A stretch of 64,000 nt of DNA from Calditrichia bacterium. Lineage in GTDB: Bacteria > Calditrichota > Calditrichia > RBG-13-44-9 > J075. Each line of letters opens with the position of its first letter. The first letter of the stretch is position 1. The notes under the pieces were generated by a model. The model did no database searches. It was not told where the DNA came from and saw only the letters and a program-made list of their open reading frames with translations. The stretch lies in assembly GCA_050633245.1 (NCBI GenBank), contig JBOEGD010000011.1, positions 96,001 to 160,000 of the forward strand, written 5' to 3'. Position numbers and translations under genes: made by a program. Below are positions 26,732-38,200 of this stretch, one piece after another.

Positions 26732-29317
26732 ATGGCAAAAAGAAAAGCAAAACAGCTAAAATTATTTTCCCGCAAACGAAGCAGCAAGAAGAATACACCT
26801 GCGGATGGCAATAACGAGATCTATGGTCTCCTTACTATTGCATTTGGTGCCGTCTTTGCTGGTTCACTGGCCACATACCATGCGGATGACCCCACTTTCT
26901 GGAGTGCCGGAACAACTACGGTGAAAAACCTTTTCCGCATTGTCGGGGCTTCTATAGCCGAGCCTGTTTTTCAGGGCACACTGGGATACGCTTCCCTTAT
27001 TTTTCCCTTAATCATTATCGTTGTGGGTTTTGCCATCGCTGCCAGCTACCCCTTGATAAAGCTGAAGTCTCTCGGAATACGTGCACTTGCATGGGCGTTT
27101 CTGGGTGCTCTCGTACTCGCTATGCCGGAGAGCCTCGAAACACTCGGACGATCCCGTCAATATTATCCCAGCGGACTTTTGGGCGGTATTACGACCGATG
27201 CTATCGCAAGATATATGGGGCGTGGTGCGCTTGTTTTTATTGTTTTCATCTACTTTTTCGTGCTGCTGATGATCACGTTTCGTTTCCGTATCTCTACCAT
27301 ACCCATTTATATCGTCGCACTCTTTCAGCAGATGACGGCACAGGTTACCGGTTTCTTCTCCGAACTTTTTAACTGGGGGCGATCGGTTCAGCAGCGCCAT
27401 ACCGGTGGTGAAAAGGTACCGCTACGTGAGCGTATTACCGGAAGGCTGTTGCGTGACGATGATCTTGAAGACGATGAATTGTTTGAGCCTCCGATGGATG
27501 ATGGACTAGACTTTGAACCGGTGCCGCCGGCAAAGCCAGCCCGCCGAAAGCCAAAGATCGACGAGCCGCCGCCATTTGATGAAAACTTTCAAAGTTATGA
27601 AGAACCACCGCTTCCTCCGGAACCGGTTGTTCCTCCAGTTAAGAAGCCGGCGAAACCTCCTGCACCGCCTGCACCGATAATTGAGGCTGCTAAAGACGAA
27701 TCCAGCTATCAACTGCCGGAACGTCCTCCGGAACCAGCTACAGAGCTTCCACCAACGTCGCCGACTGTTCAGCAAACACTCGATATTGATAATGAGCCAA
27801 TCGTTGAAGAAGAAGTCATTGATTATGATGAGCAAGTTCAGGCAGCATTGGCAAAATTCGAAATGCCTCCAATGGAGCTTCTCCATGAGGACGAAACGGA
27901 GTCTGCGAAAGTCAGTCGTGAAGAGCTGATGGCTAATGCAGACCTTTTGGAGAATACGCTCGCACAGTTTGGCGTTAAGGCCTTCGTAAAGAAGGTGATT
28001 GAAGGGCCGGTAATTACGCTTTATGCCGTTCGACCTGCTGAAGGTGTAAAGATTAACCAGGTTGTGAGCTTGGCAGATGACCTGGCTCTTGCCATGCGGG
28101 CCAAGGGAATTCGTATGATTGCTCCGATTCCCGGTGAAGCAGCTATTGGTATTGAAATTCCAAACCGGCGTCCTTCTACGGTATATTTGAAGTCGATCAT
28201 GCGTTCGGAAAAGATTGCAGAGCACAAGGGACAACTTGTAATTGGTATGGGGAAAACAATCGGTGGTGACGTTTTTTGTGCCGATTTAACGCGCATGCCT
28301 CACCTGCTTATTGCCGGTTCAACCGGTTCGGGTAAGAGTGTTGGTGTCAATACGATGATTGCCAGTATTCTTTGTCGCGTACCTCCCAGCGACGTTAAGT
28401 TCGTTATGATCGATCCGAAAAAACTTGAGCTGTCGTTATATGCCAAGTTGAAAGATCACTATCTGGCCATTTGTCCGGACTTGGATGAAATTGTTATCAC
28501 GCATCCGCAGAATGCCATTATGATTCTGCGCAGTGTTGTACTTGAGATGGAAGAACGCTATGATACACTGGCTAAGGTTGGGGTGCGCGATATCGTGGCT
28601 TACAATCAAAAATTGGCCAAGCTGGAGACCAGCGGGAAAAAGCCGGAAGGCGCAATTCGCCTGCCCTACATCATTGTTATTATTGATGAGCTCGCCGACC
28701 TTATTCTTACTGCTTCCAGAGAAGTTGAAGAGCCGATAACCAGACTGGCGCAGATGGCGCGCGCCGTCGGTATTCACCTGATTGTGGCGACACAGCGTCC
28801 ATCGGTAGATATTATTACCGGCTTGATTAAAGCGAACTTTCCGACGCGAATCGCCTATCAGGTCGCAACCAGACCTGACTCTAAGGTTATTCTGGATATT
28901 TATGGTGCCGAAAAGCTAATCGGAAATGGCGACATGCTCTTTCTTCCACCGGGAACGGGAAAGCCGGTTCGTCTTCAGAACCCGTTTGTTTCCACCGAGG
29001 AAGTTGAACGACTGATTTCGCACATTCGTAAGCAGCCAAAGTTTCCTCCATATGAGTTGAAATTGGTGAAACCAAAGTCTGCCGGAGATAAAAGCTCTGG
29101 CAAAAAAGCCTACGAGCAAGATGAATTTTACGACAAGGCGAAAGAGATTGTTGTTCGCCATCAGCAAGGATCAATCTCCCTTCTGCAGCGTAAACTTAAG
29201 GTTGGATATGCGCGCGCTGCCCGCTTAATTGACGAGCTGGAAGAAGGGGGCGTCGTTGGACCGGGACAGGGAAGTAAGGCAAGAGATGTTCTGATTTCCT
29301 CGTCCTACGATACGTAA
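26732..29317 (+). CDS. ftsK: DNA translocase FtsK
   Basis: 4TM N-terminus, Pro-rich linker, PHLLIAGSTGSGKS, IDELADL, ATQRPS and gamma domain SLLQRKL.VGY.RAAR. Confidence 0.96.
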   Translation: MAKRKAKQLKLFSRKRSSKKNTPADGNNEIYGLLTIAFGAVFAGSLATYHADDPTFWSAGTTTVKNLFRIVGASIAEPVFQGTLGYASLIFPLIIIVVGFAIAASYPLIKLKSLGIRALAWAFLGALVLAMPESLETLGRSRQYYPSGLLGGITTDAIARYMGRGALVFIVFIYFFVLLMITFRFRISTIPIYIVALFQQMTAQVTGFFSELFNWGRSVQQRHTGGEKVPLRERITGRLLRDDDLEDDELFEPPMDDGLDFEPVPPAKPARRKPKIDEPPPFDENFQSYEEPPLPPEPVVPPVKKPAKPPAPPAPIIEAAKDESSYQLPERPPEPATELPPTSPTVQQTLDIDNEPIVEEEVIDYDEQVQAALAKFEMPPMELLHEDETESAKVSREELMANADLLENTLAQFGVKAFVKKVIEGPVITLYAVRPAEGVKINQVVSLADDLALAMRAKGIRMIAPIPGEAAIGIEIPNRRPSTVYLKSIMRSEKIAEHKGQLVIGMGKTIGGDVFCADLTRMPHLLIAGSTGSGKSVGVNTMIASILCRVPPSDVKFVMIDPKKLELSLYAKLKDHYLAICPDLDEIVITHPQNAIMILRSVVLEMEERYDTLAKVGVRDIVAYNQKLAKLETSGKKPEGAIRLPYIIVIIDELADLILTASREVEEPITRLAQMARAVGIHLIVATQRPSVDIITGLIKANFPTRIAYQVATRPDSKVILDIYGAEKLIGNGDMLFLPPGTGKPVRLQNPFVSTEEVERLISHIRKQPKFPPYELKLVKPKSAGDKSSGKKAYEQDEFYDKAKEIVVRHQQGSISLLQRKLKVGYARAARLIDELEEGGVVGPGQGSKARDVLISSSYDT

Positions 29318-29340
29318 ACAAAAACGAAACAGGATATACC

Positions 29341-29994
29341 ATGAAAATGCATAAAACTTTTTATCGCTTACTTGCAATTGTAATACTTTCTGTCATATTA
29401 TTGCCACTTCAAGCTGCTAAAATTGACAACATCATAAAAAAAATGCAGAAAAAATATCGTTCTGCAAAAACGGTTAGAATTGAATTTACCGAGAAATCTC
29501 GCTTTAGTCTGACCGGTACGGAAAATCAAATAAGCGGCCAGTTGCAGATGGAAGGCAAGGAACGCTTTCGGCTGGAATCAGAAGATCAGGTTTTAGTCAA
29601 TGACGGTGTAACATTTTGGCGATACAACAAGCTGGATAGTCAGGTGCTCATTGATAATTCAAAGAAAGAAGATCAGGAAGTAATGCTGAACGATTTTCTA
29701 TATAACCTCAAAGACCGCTATTACAGCCAGATATTGGGTGAATCAAATGAGTCTGGTAAGAAAGTCTACAACATCAAGCTGACGCCAAAGGAAGATCAGC
29801 AAAGCTACTTTACTTCAATTAAAATGTGGGTAGAGGACGATAATTGGACAATTAAACGTCTGATTTACACTGACTACAACGAAAATGAGACAGAATACAT
29901 CATAGAGAAAATGGATTTTAACCCCGTCCTACAGCGTTCAACCTTCACCTTCACGCCTCCAGAAGGCATTGACGTTGTTGACCTGAGAATGTAG
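29341..29994 (+). CDS. lolA: Outer-membrane lipoprotein carrier LolA family protein
   Basis: Signal peptide, V.DG.T.W.Y...QV and F.F.PPEG..VVD; downstream of ftsK. Confidence 0.85.
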   Translation: MKMHKTFYRLLAIVILSVILLPLQAAKIDNIIKKMQKKYRSAKTVRIEFTEKSRFSLTGTENQISGQLQMEGKERFRLESEDQVLVNDGVTFWRYNKLDSQVLIDNSKKEDQEVMLNDFLYNLKDRYYSQILGESNESGKKVYNIKLTPKEDQQSYFTSIKMWVEDDNWTIKRLIYTDYNENETEYIIEKMDFNPVLQRSTFTFTPPEGIDVVDLRM

Positions 29995-30144
29995 TTTCCA
30001 CACGGAGTTGGATTAAAGTTTTTTTTTGGCTCGCCGATTATAGATCACTTTTGATACTTCCGGCATGTTGTATATTTATGGCTACTTTTGGCTATAAAAT
30101 TTAGTCACATCCATCTAAGAGTCATCGATTTATGAGGTTATTTA

Positions 30145-32427
30145 GTGGAAAATAGCATTAACTATGATGTACAGGATTCCGAACAACAGATACATCTTCG
30201 CGATTATCTGAATATTATCTATCAGGGAAGATGGATTGTTTTAGTATGTTTTTTAACGGTCTTATCGGCAGCAGCGTATTTTACCTTTACGGCAAATCCG
30301 GTTTTTCAAGCTTCGTCGAAAGTTTTGGTCGATGACCAGGCTTCAATGGAGCGCGCATTGTTCAACGTAAATTATATGAACAATAGTTCTACTCTTTTGG
30401 CTCAGCAGATTGAGATTCTCAAAAGCCGTCGTTTGGCCGAGAACGTAATCCCAAAGCTGGAAGCTAAACCCTATCGAGACTCGCTATACGTTTTTCAACC
30501 GTTATCAAACGGCGGATACTTTGTCTTTGAAGACCAGGTTTCCTGGCTTCGCAGCCAAATGGCTATTAATCCGATGCTCGAAGCGGATATTATCGAGATA
30601 ACGTTTAGTGCGGGGACAGCATTTGAATCCGCCGAAATCTGCAACGTCATCACCGAGACCTTTCAGCAGCTGAACAAAGAATACAATCGCAGTGAATTCC
30701 GTGACCTGCGTGAGTTTCTCGAGCTTCAGCTTCGAAAAAAGGGCGAAGAACTTCGCAAATCGGAAGAGACGCTGAGACTTTATAAAGAAACCGAAAAGCT
30801 GGTTTCCTTAGATGCAAGCACCGCAGAGCTAATTCGTAAACTGGCTGTAAGTCAGGCGGCTGGTGAAACGGCGCAGATTGAGCTGCAATCTGCACAAGAG
30901 CAGAAACGATCACTGGAAGCCCAGCTTGAAGAGCGCAGAGGAGCGTTGAGTTCTGAAGTTAGCGAAATAAGCAGCCCGCTTTTGAATGAACTCCAGCAAA
31001 ACTATGCAAAGTTAGTTTCTGATAAAGTACGTTACGAGAGTTTAATTGCGCAGGATAAAAACATTGATCCGCGTGAATACGAACTGCAACTACAGAGCAT
31101 GAATAGTCGAATTAGTGCGGTAAAATCGCGTTTACAGGAAGAGGCTCAGCGCATTTCGACAACCAGTATGGTCTCCGACCCGCTTAAGATTGCAGAAGAC
31201 CTTGTTGCATCAATCTTGGATTTTGAGAATCAGATCAACGGACTGAGTGCGAAAATAGATGCGTATCGCGATGTTGTGCAACAGAATGAAATCGTCTTAG
31301 ATCAACTGCCGAGTCAAGGTCTGGAATTAGTGCGTCTTGAGCGTCAGGTTAAGGTCGACGAAAACACTTTTGTTTTGCTGACGCAAAAGCTGGAAGAAAC
31401 GAAAATTGCTGAGGCCGGTCAAAAGGAAATCATTCGCGTTATTGATACTGCAATCGAACCGGTTAACCCGATATCGCCTAAAAAGAGGTTAAACCTTCTT
31501 CTGGGAGCTATTCTCGGTTTGGGACTTGGTATCGGACTTACATTCCTGAAAGAGTTCTTCGACGATTCGGTTAAGTCTCCGGAAGAAATTGAAAAAATTG
31601 GTTTGCAGATTCTCTCTATTATTCCGGAAATTTCGGCAGATCAATTTGTGAAAAAAGCCAGCACGTCGAATGGACATGAAAGCATTGCCGGTCAGGAGAA
31701 TGTCGAAGCGCGGCTAATTACGCACTTCGATCCCAAATCACCTATTTCGGAAGCCTACCGTACGCTGCGCACCAACATTCAGTTTCAGAAGTTTGAAAAT
31801 GAATGTCCTGCACTTTTGGTTACCTCATCTACCCCTAAAGAGGGGAAGTCTACCACGATAGCCAATCTCGCTATAACAATGGCTCAGATGGGCAGCAGAA
31901 CACTTATTGTGGACACAGATCTCAGACGCCCGGTAATCCACTCTGTGTTTGGATTGCGCAAGGAAAAAGGCGTGAGCAACTTTCTGTTGGGCAAGATGTC
32001 TTTCGATGAAATAACCAAACCAACAATTATTGACAACCTCTACGCCATTACCTCGGGCCCGTTACCACCAAATCCATCAGAGATGATTGCATCAGATGAA
32101 ATGGATGACTTTATCAGGGTGGCTCGTGAGAAATTTGATGTTGTTTTGTTCGATAGTCCGCCCATTATTGCCGTAACCGATGCAGCCATTATGAGCGCAA
32201 AAATTGACGGACTTCTGCTGGTTGTTCGTGCGCATCAAACCCAGAAACACGCAGTTCGACATGCAAAAACGCTGCTCGAAAACGTTGAATCGAATATCCT
32301 TGGATGTTTACTCAACGGGGTCAGCGCAAAACGAAGCTATGGATCATACTATTATTATTATCAATATCAATACTACAGCTACTATGGACACGATCTAAAA
32401 CGCCGCAAAAAATCAAAGTCAAAATAG
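30145..32427 (+). CDS. wzc: Polysaccharide co-polymerase / BY-kinase (Wzc/GumC)
   Basis: Two TMs, coiled periplasmic domain, EAYRTLRTN, Walker A PKEGKST, DTDLRRP, FDSPP and a C-terminal Tyr cluster. Confidence 0.92.
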   Translation: MENSINYDVQDSEQQIHLRDYLNIIYQGRWIVLVCFLTVLSAAAYFTFTANPVFQASSKVLVDDQASMERALFNVNYMNNSSTLLAQQIEILKSRRLAENVIPKLEAKPYRDSLYVFQPLSNGGYFVFEDQVSWLRSQMAINPMLEADIIEITFSAGTAFESAEICNVITETFQQLNKEYNRSEFRDLREFLELQLRKKGEELRKSEETLRLYKETEKLVSLDASTAELIRKLAVSQAAGETAQIELQSAQEQKRSLEAQLEERRGALSSEVSEISSPLLNELQQNYAKLVSDKVRYESLIAQDKNIDPREYELQLQSMNSRISAVKSRLQEEAQRISTTSMVSDPLKIAEDLVASILDFENQINGLSAKIDAYRDVVQQNEIVLDQLPSQGLELVRLERQVKVDENTFVLLTQKLEETKIAEAGQKEIIRVIDTAIEPVNPISPKKRLNLLLGAILGLGLGIGLTFLKEFFDDSVKSPEEIEKIGLQILSIIPEISADQFVKKASTSNGHESIAGQENVEARLITHFDPKSPISEAYRTLRTNIQFQKFENECPALLVTSSTPKEGKSTTIANLAITMAQMGSRTLIVDTDLRRPVIHSVFGLRKEKGVSNFLLGKMSFDEITKPTIIDNLYAITSGPLPPNPSEMIASDEMDDFIRVAREKFDVVLFDSPPIIAVTDAAIMSAKIDGLLLVVRAHQTQKHAVRHAKTLLENVESNILGCLLNGVSAKRSYGSYYYYYQYQYYSYYGHDLKRRKKSKSK

Positions 32428-32450
32428 GCGTTACTTGAGGAGAAAAAGCA

Positions 32451-33758
32451 ATGAAACTTGCAGTCATTGGAAGTGGATATGTAGGGCTTGTAGCAGGTGC
32501 ATGTTTCGCAGAAAGCGGAAACAATGTCATCTGCATGGACAAGGATGCTCAGAAAATTGCCCAGTTAAATGATGGAATTATTCCGATTTACGAGCCGGGC
32601 CTCGACCTGCTGGTTAAGCGAAATAAGAATAATGGACACTTAACATTTACGACAGACATTAAAGCAGCCGTCGAAAATTCCGATGTCATATTTATAGCTG
32701 TTGGAACTCCGCCGTTTGAAGACGGCTCTGCAGACCTTCGGCATGTTATTGCCGTAGCAAAAGATATTGGCAGGGTAATGACGAGCTTTAAAATTGTCGT
32801 TAATAAGAGCACGGTGCCAGTTGGAACGGCAGACAAGGTCCGTGAAGCAGTTGCTTCCGAGACTGATCTTCCGTTCGAGGTCGTCTCGAATCCGGAATTT
32901 TTGAAAGAGGGCGCGGCGATTGACGATTTCATGTATCCAGACCGGGTTGTTATCGGGACGCGGGACGACAAGGTTGCCGAAACGATGCGCGAATTGTATT
33001 CACCCTTTGTCAGAACCGGAAATCCGATAATTATTATGGATGAGAGAAGTGCTGAGATTACCAAGTATGCTGCAAACTCTATATTGGCAACAAAGATTTC
33101 ATTTGTGAACGAAATTGCAAATCTCTGTGACATTCTCGATGCCGATATTGAGATGGTGCGTAAGGGGATAGGGTCTGACAAACGAATCGGGTATTCATTT
33201 ATTTTCCCCGGTGTTGGATATGGCGGCTCATGTTTTCCGAAAGATGTTAAGGCGATTATTCGCACTGGAAAAGAAAATGGTTATGATTTAAGATTGCTTC
33301 AGGCCGTGGAAGAAGTAAATCAGGATCAAAAACTCATATTAATTCCGCGAATCCTGGAGCACTATGGTGGCTCCGTTGAAGGTAAAAAGTTTGGCATATG
33401 GGGACTTAGTTTTAAGCCAAAGACCGACGATATGCGTGAAGCACCATCTATATCGATAATCTCAGAGCTGCACCGTCTGGGTGCCGAGATTGTTGCTCAC
33501 GACCCGGTTGCAATTGAAGAAGCTCGCGAGCAGTATCAGCTTGACAAAAAGGCGACGCTGGTTGAAGATTACTATGATGCAATTAATGATGTTGATGGAC
33601 TGATTCTGGTGACAGAGTGGCTGAACTATCGCGAGCCGGATTTTGATAGAATGCTGAAAAGCATGAAGCAGCCGGTTATATTCGATGGCCGCAACATTTA
33701 TCAACCTGAAAAGATGAAATCTAAAGGCTTTATTTATTATGGAATTGGAAGACGCTGA
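32451..33758 (+). CDS. ugd: UDP-glucose 6-dehydrogenase
   Basis: GSGYVGL, KSTVPVGT, NPEFLKEG, GYGGSCFPKD and FKP.TDDMRE motifs. Confidence 0.93.
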   Translation: MKLAVIGSGYVGLVAGACFAESGNNVICMDKDAQKIAQLNDGIIPIYEPGLDLLVKRNKNNGHLTFTTDIKAAVENSDVIFIAVGTPPFEDGSADLRHVIAVAKDIGRVMTSFKIVVNKSTVPVGTADKVREAVASETDLPFEVVSNPEFLKEGAAIDDFMYPDRVVIGTRDDKVAETMRELYSPFVRTGNPIIIMDERSAEITKYAANSILATKISFVNEIANLCDILDADIEMVRKGIGSDKRIGYSFIFPGVGYGGSCFPKDVKAIIRTGKENGYDLRLLQAVEEVNQDQKLILIPRILEHYGGSVEGKKFGIWGLSFKPKTDDMREAPSISIISELHRLGAEIVAHDPVAIEEAREQYQLDKKATLVEDYYDAINDVDGLILVTEWLNYREPDFDRMLKSMKQPVIFDGRNIYQPEKMKSKGFIYYGIGRR

Positions 33759-33803
33759 AATTACAATAAACTGTAAACCGCTTTATTAAGAGGAAACTAC
33801 ACA

Positions 33804-35114
33804 ATGTCTCTACTGCAAAAAATTAAAGATCATGAAGCCCGGATTGGCGTTGTCGGACTGGGATATGTTGGTCTGCCACTCATTCTCGAATTCGTTGAAG
33901 AGAATTTTACCTGTGTCGGGTTCGATATCGATGAGTCGAAAGTCTCACAGCTGAATGAAGGCCAGTCCTACATTAAGCACATCGAAGGCGCTCGTATTGG
34001 AGAAGCCGTGAGTAAGAAGCTTTTTCACGCCACAACCAATTTTTCCGAGCTGTCTGATGTTGACTGTATTCTGGTATGTGTGCCGACGCCGCTGAACAAA
34101 CATCGCGAGCCGAATATCAGCTATATCACTGAGACATCCGAGACGATTTCCAAGCATATTCGCAAAGGTCAGCTTATTATTCTGGAAAGCTCAACATACC
34201 CGGGGACAACCGAAGAGGTGATGCGGCCTATTCTTGAGAAATCCGGGCTGGTTGGACACGAAGATTTCTATCTCGCTTTCTCGCCAGAGCGCGAAGATCC
34301 AAACAATCCGAATTACTCTACTCGCACTATTCCAAAAGTTGTTGGTGCTAATAGCGAGATTTCCCTCGAGCTCACAAAAACGCTATACGATCAGGTTATC
34401 GTAGAAACCGTTCCGGTTAGCTCCAGCCAAGCTGCTGAGGCAACAAAGTTGCTTGAGAACATTTTTCGCAGCGTGAACATTGCTCTTGTGAACGAGATGA
34501 AGGTTATCCTTGATCGCATGGGAATAGATGTATGGGAAGTAATCAATGCTGCCAAAACCAAGCCGTTCGGTTATATGGCATTTTATCCCGGACCGGGTCT
34601 GGGTGGTCACTGCATTCCGATTGACCCATTCTATCTCACGTGGAAAGCACGTCAATATGATATCAGCACGCGCTTTATCGAGCTTGCCGGTGAAGTGAAT
34701 ACCGATATGCCTTACTACGTAGTAGACAAAGTAGCAGATGCACTGAACGAGCAGAAGAAGAGCCTGAATGGCTCCAAGATTCTCATTCTCGGTATGGCAT
34801 ATAAGAAAGATATTGACGATCTGCGCGAATCTCCGACCCTGAAGCTGATGGAAATTCTATTAGATAAAGGCTCGCTGGTAGATTATAATGATCCGCTGAT
34901 CGACGCTCTTTATCCCATGCGCCACTACAACTACGACAGTCAGAGTGTCGATTTGAGCCCGGAAACGCTGAAGCAGTATGACGCGGTTCTGATCTCTACC
35001 GACCACACCGTCTACGATTGGGAAATGATTGTTGAGCATTCCAATGTCATTATCGATACGCGTAATGCCACGGTGAATGTGAAAACGAATCGTGACAAAA
35101 TTTACAAAGCATAA
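33804..35114 (+). CDS. UDP-N-acetylglucosamine/galactosamine 6-dehydrogenase (WbpA/WecC family)
   Basis: GLGYVGLP, ESSTYPGTT, FSPERED and PGPGLGGHCIPIDP motifs. Confidence 0.9.
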   Translation: MSLLQKIKDHEARIGVVGLGYVGLPLILEFVEENFTCVGFDIDESKVSQLNEGQSYIKHIEGARIGEAVSKKLFHATTNFSELSDVDCILVCVPTPLNKHREPNISYITETSETISKHIRKGQLIILESSTYPGTTEEVMRPILEKSGLVGHEDFYLAFSPEREDPNNPNYSTRTIPKVVGANSEISLELTKTLYDQVIVETVPVSSSQAAEATKLLENIFRSVNIALVNEMKVILDRMGIDVWEVINAAKTKPFGYMAFYPGPGLGGHCIPIDPFYLTWKARQYDISTRFIELAGEVNTDMPYYVVDKVADALNEQKKSLNGSKILILGMAYKKDIDDLRESPTLKLMEILLDKGSLVDYNDPLIDALYPMRHYNYDSQSVDLSPETLKQYDAVLISTDHTVYDWEMIVEHSNVIIDTRNATVNVKTNRDKIYKA

Positions 35115-35129
35115 TCTACATGTTTTCTT

Positions 35130-35160
35130 GGGAGCGGCAAATTTGCCGCTCCCTTTTTTT
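35130..35160 (+). terminator. Intrinsic terminator
   Basis: GGGAGCGGCAA-AT-TTGCCGCTCCC-TTTTTTT. Confidence 0.88.
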
Positions 35161-35219
35161 ATTTGAATAAGCCCATCTTTACTGTAACTTCCACTCGTCT
35201 TCAAATAAAGACCCTACGC

Positions 35220-38200
35220 ATGTGGAATAAGTTTAAAAAAACACTTCTCGTATTAATTGTCCTCTTACTGCTGGTTTGTATTGGATTTGTAGTCCTTTAC
35301 TCATTTACATCTGTGGTAGACCGAAATGTGCTTGCGCTGGTCAATCGCCTTGCCGGGGAGAAGGTTGAGGTGCATTTTGATGACCTCTCCGGAAATCTGA
35401 TGCGGCAGCTTCGATTGACGAATGTTCACGTTGTTGTAGAAGGCGATACACTTGCCAGCTCTCCTAAAATTCAGTTCGAATATAAAATACTGGATATCAT
35501 TCGCCAGAAATACCACTTGGCTAATCTTGATATAACGTCACCAAAAGTCGGAATTCGGCTTTCCGATGCACCACCCGATTCCACGAGTAAGCCATTAGAT
35601 GTTTTTTTTGAATTCCTCGGTGCATCTCCGGAAATCGAAATTAAACGTCTTGGGATCGATGATGGGCGCTTTCGCTGGAGCAGTAAAGATACCTCGGACG
35701 AGGTGCGTGACATTAATCTTCAGCTGGCGGTTACAATTTCAGATAGCCAGATTTATTTGCAGCCCCAACGCGTATCGGCAATATGGGCATCGCAAAATCT
35801 TGAACTACAGGACCTGAAATTCCGTCTGAACGGCACGAAGAGTCTTATTGTCCTACAGGAGTTTTCTGCTCAGATACCCGGAGCCATGCTTACCGGAAAT
35901 GGGCGCTTAAAACGCTTCCCGGAACCTAACCTATTGCTGAAAGTTGATAAATCCCGAGTTGATGCTTCCTTTGTAAAGACATTTGTTGACTCCCTGCCGT
36001 TTACCACCGGATTCGTTGAATTGAGTGGCGTGCTGGAGGGCGATATACGTCGTTTTGATGGACGTTTATTTGCCTTGGGTGAACTGGACAGCCTGGCAAT
36101 TACATCATTAGAGTCTAATTTTGAGCGCGATTACAGCTGGTTTAAACTTAGCAATCTGAACCTGCGGAGCAGTGCTGGAAATGTACAAGGCGATCTCGAT
36201 CTTTCGCGTCGTAACGGCATACGCAGCGATTTGAAAATGCAAAAACTGGCGCTTAAGAAAACCGGATTTGTCGATTTACCTATTGTTTTAGATGGCAAAG
36301 TGAACTTTGACAGCGATTCATGGGATTTCACAAAGGCTAATGGCGATGGCGTCGTAACGCTTTTTGAACCGCGCTTTGGCGAAATTAATGCTGATAAACT
36401 TCTGGCCTCTCTAATTGTCTCTGATGGAAACTGGAAAATCGGAGATGAAAGCCGAATCATTTTCTCCGATTCCGCAGTTGTGCAGATCGGTGGAGAAATT
36501 TCGGCAGACAGTCTTTCTACATCTCTTACCAGCGAATCTTTTGCGCTTAATCCACTTTTAACAGGACTTGGTGTTAAGGGGATCGATGGTTGGGGCAGTA
36601 TCAATCTCGACTTAATTGGGAAAACGGCCAATCCTGCACTAAGCGGCTGGGTTTTTCTGGATAGCTTGCTATATAGCTCCGTAACCGTTTATGGAGTTGA
36701 TGGTGAGGTGCAGGTTGATAGTCTCTTCTCGAATCCGCAAGGTAGTGCCGAGCTTGAACTTGCAACCGGATTTGTGTCCAATGTTTTTCTAACGCATGGG
36801 GCCCTCAGCGGAACGTTTATCGGTAGCGACTTGCTGATTGATAGTCTAAAGTTTCTGAGCAAGGAAAACTCCATAATCGTCGGCGGCAATGTTAATGTTT
36901 CATCTGACTCTACCATCATCAACTTGCCGCGTGTTGAGTTACTCTGGCAGAATTATGCACTGAAGGCATCAGAACCACAGATGCTTAGGTGGGCGCGAGA
37001 CACGCTTTTTGTCGAAGTGCTGAACCTGAATAACCCTGCTGCCGGTGGGACAGTGACCGGGAGTGGCTTTTGGTGCTTTAATGAGAGCCGAACGGTATTC
37101 AATACGCAGCTTTTGGATATCCCCATCGACCCGGTTAATGATTACCATTACCTCCGATATGAATTAAACGGAAAAGTCGATTCGGATATTGAGTTCTACG
37201 GTATTATCGATAGCCTTGAAATACTTGCAGGAATGGAGTTGGATAGTCTGAAATTGGTTCATCGGGATTCTATCATTGCTCCGCAGGATCTTGGAAAGCT
37301 GCAAAGCGAGATATTGTTTTCGGCAAATCGCCTGGGAATTAATTTTCTGAATTATGAACAAGACGAAAACTCTTTTCTTACACTTAATGGCTCTATGGAT
37401 CTAACGCTTCAGGGTGGCGATACGCTGGAAGAGGCGCCGCTTGATATAAATATGATTGCAGAGCGCATTCAGCTTGAGCGGTATCGCCCTTTTTTACGAA
37501 CAAATTTCCCGCTGGAAGGAACAGTCTCCGGGCGTGCGGAGCTCAGCGGCACAACAGTGCTGCCTGAGTTGAACATGCGTATAACCGGCAGAAACCTTCG
37601 CTATGCCGATTACATAATGCCGGAGCTTCGAATGAAGCTGATGGGGGATACCAGCGGTGTAGTTCTCGATTCAGGTTATGCCGATTATATCGATACTGAT
37701 GTTTATTTTACCGGTCGAAAAAATATTGATTGGGATCCGGAGAATGTACAGCAAATCTTTGAAGACAGCACCTTCGAATTATCGGCAACTATACAGGAAG
37801 ATAGTCTAAACTTCCTGAACTCAATAAATCCAGAGCTGGACATTGTTGTAGGTGACATTCAGGCCCGGGTAGACCTTGGCGGCACATTTCAAGACCCTAC
37901 GGTCGTCGATGCGCAGATTCAGCTACGCAACGGAAAACTTTACCTCGCGCGTTTGCAAAATAGCATTGATGATGTTGAGTTAACTGCCAATTTAACGGCA
38001 CCTGAACTGATGACCTTTGCTGTAAACGGCAATTCCCTGCGCCCGCAAAAAACAGGCAACTTTCTTAAACGCTGGTTCTCAGGAATATGGACAAGTTTGG
38101 ATCGCGGTGAAGAGGGTGGTGAGGTCTCCGCACGTGGTACGGTGGATCTAACGGATATTCTTCGACCAAAGGTTGATGTTGCCGTTAAGGCCAATCAAAC

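Noticed and set aside
27490-27770. Pro/Glu-rich low-complexity stretch in ftsK
   Set aside because: An ordinary FtsK linker, not a repeat element.
27506-28234. 242-aa antisense ORF in ftsK (likewise 32588-33265, 17296-17838, 15456-15923 and other nested ORFs)
   Set aside because: These are shadow ORFs opposite or within well-conserved genes and have no motifs of their own.
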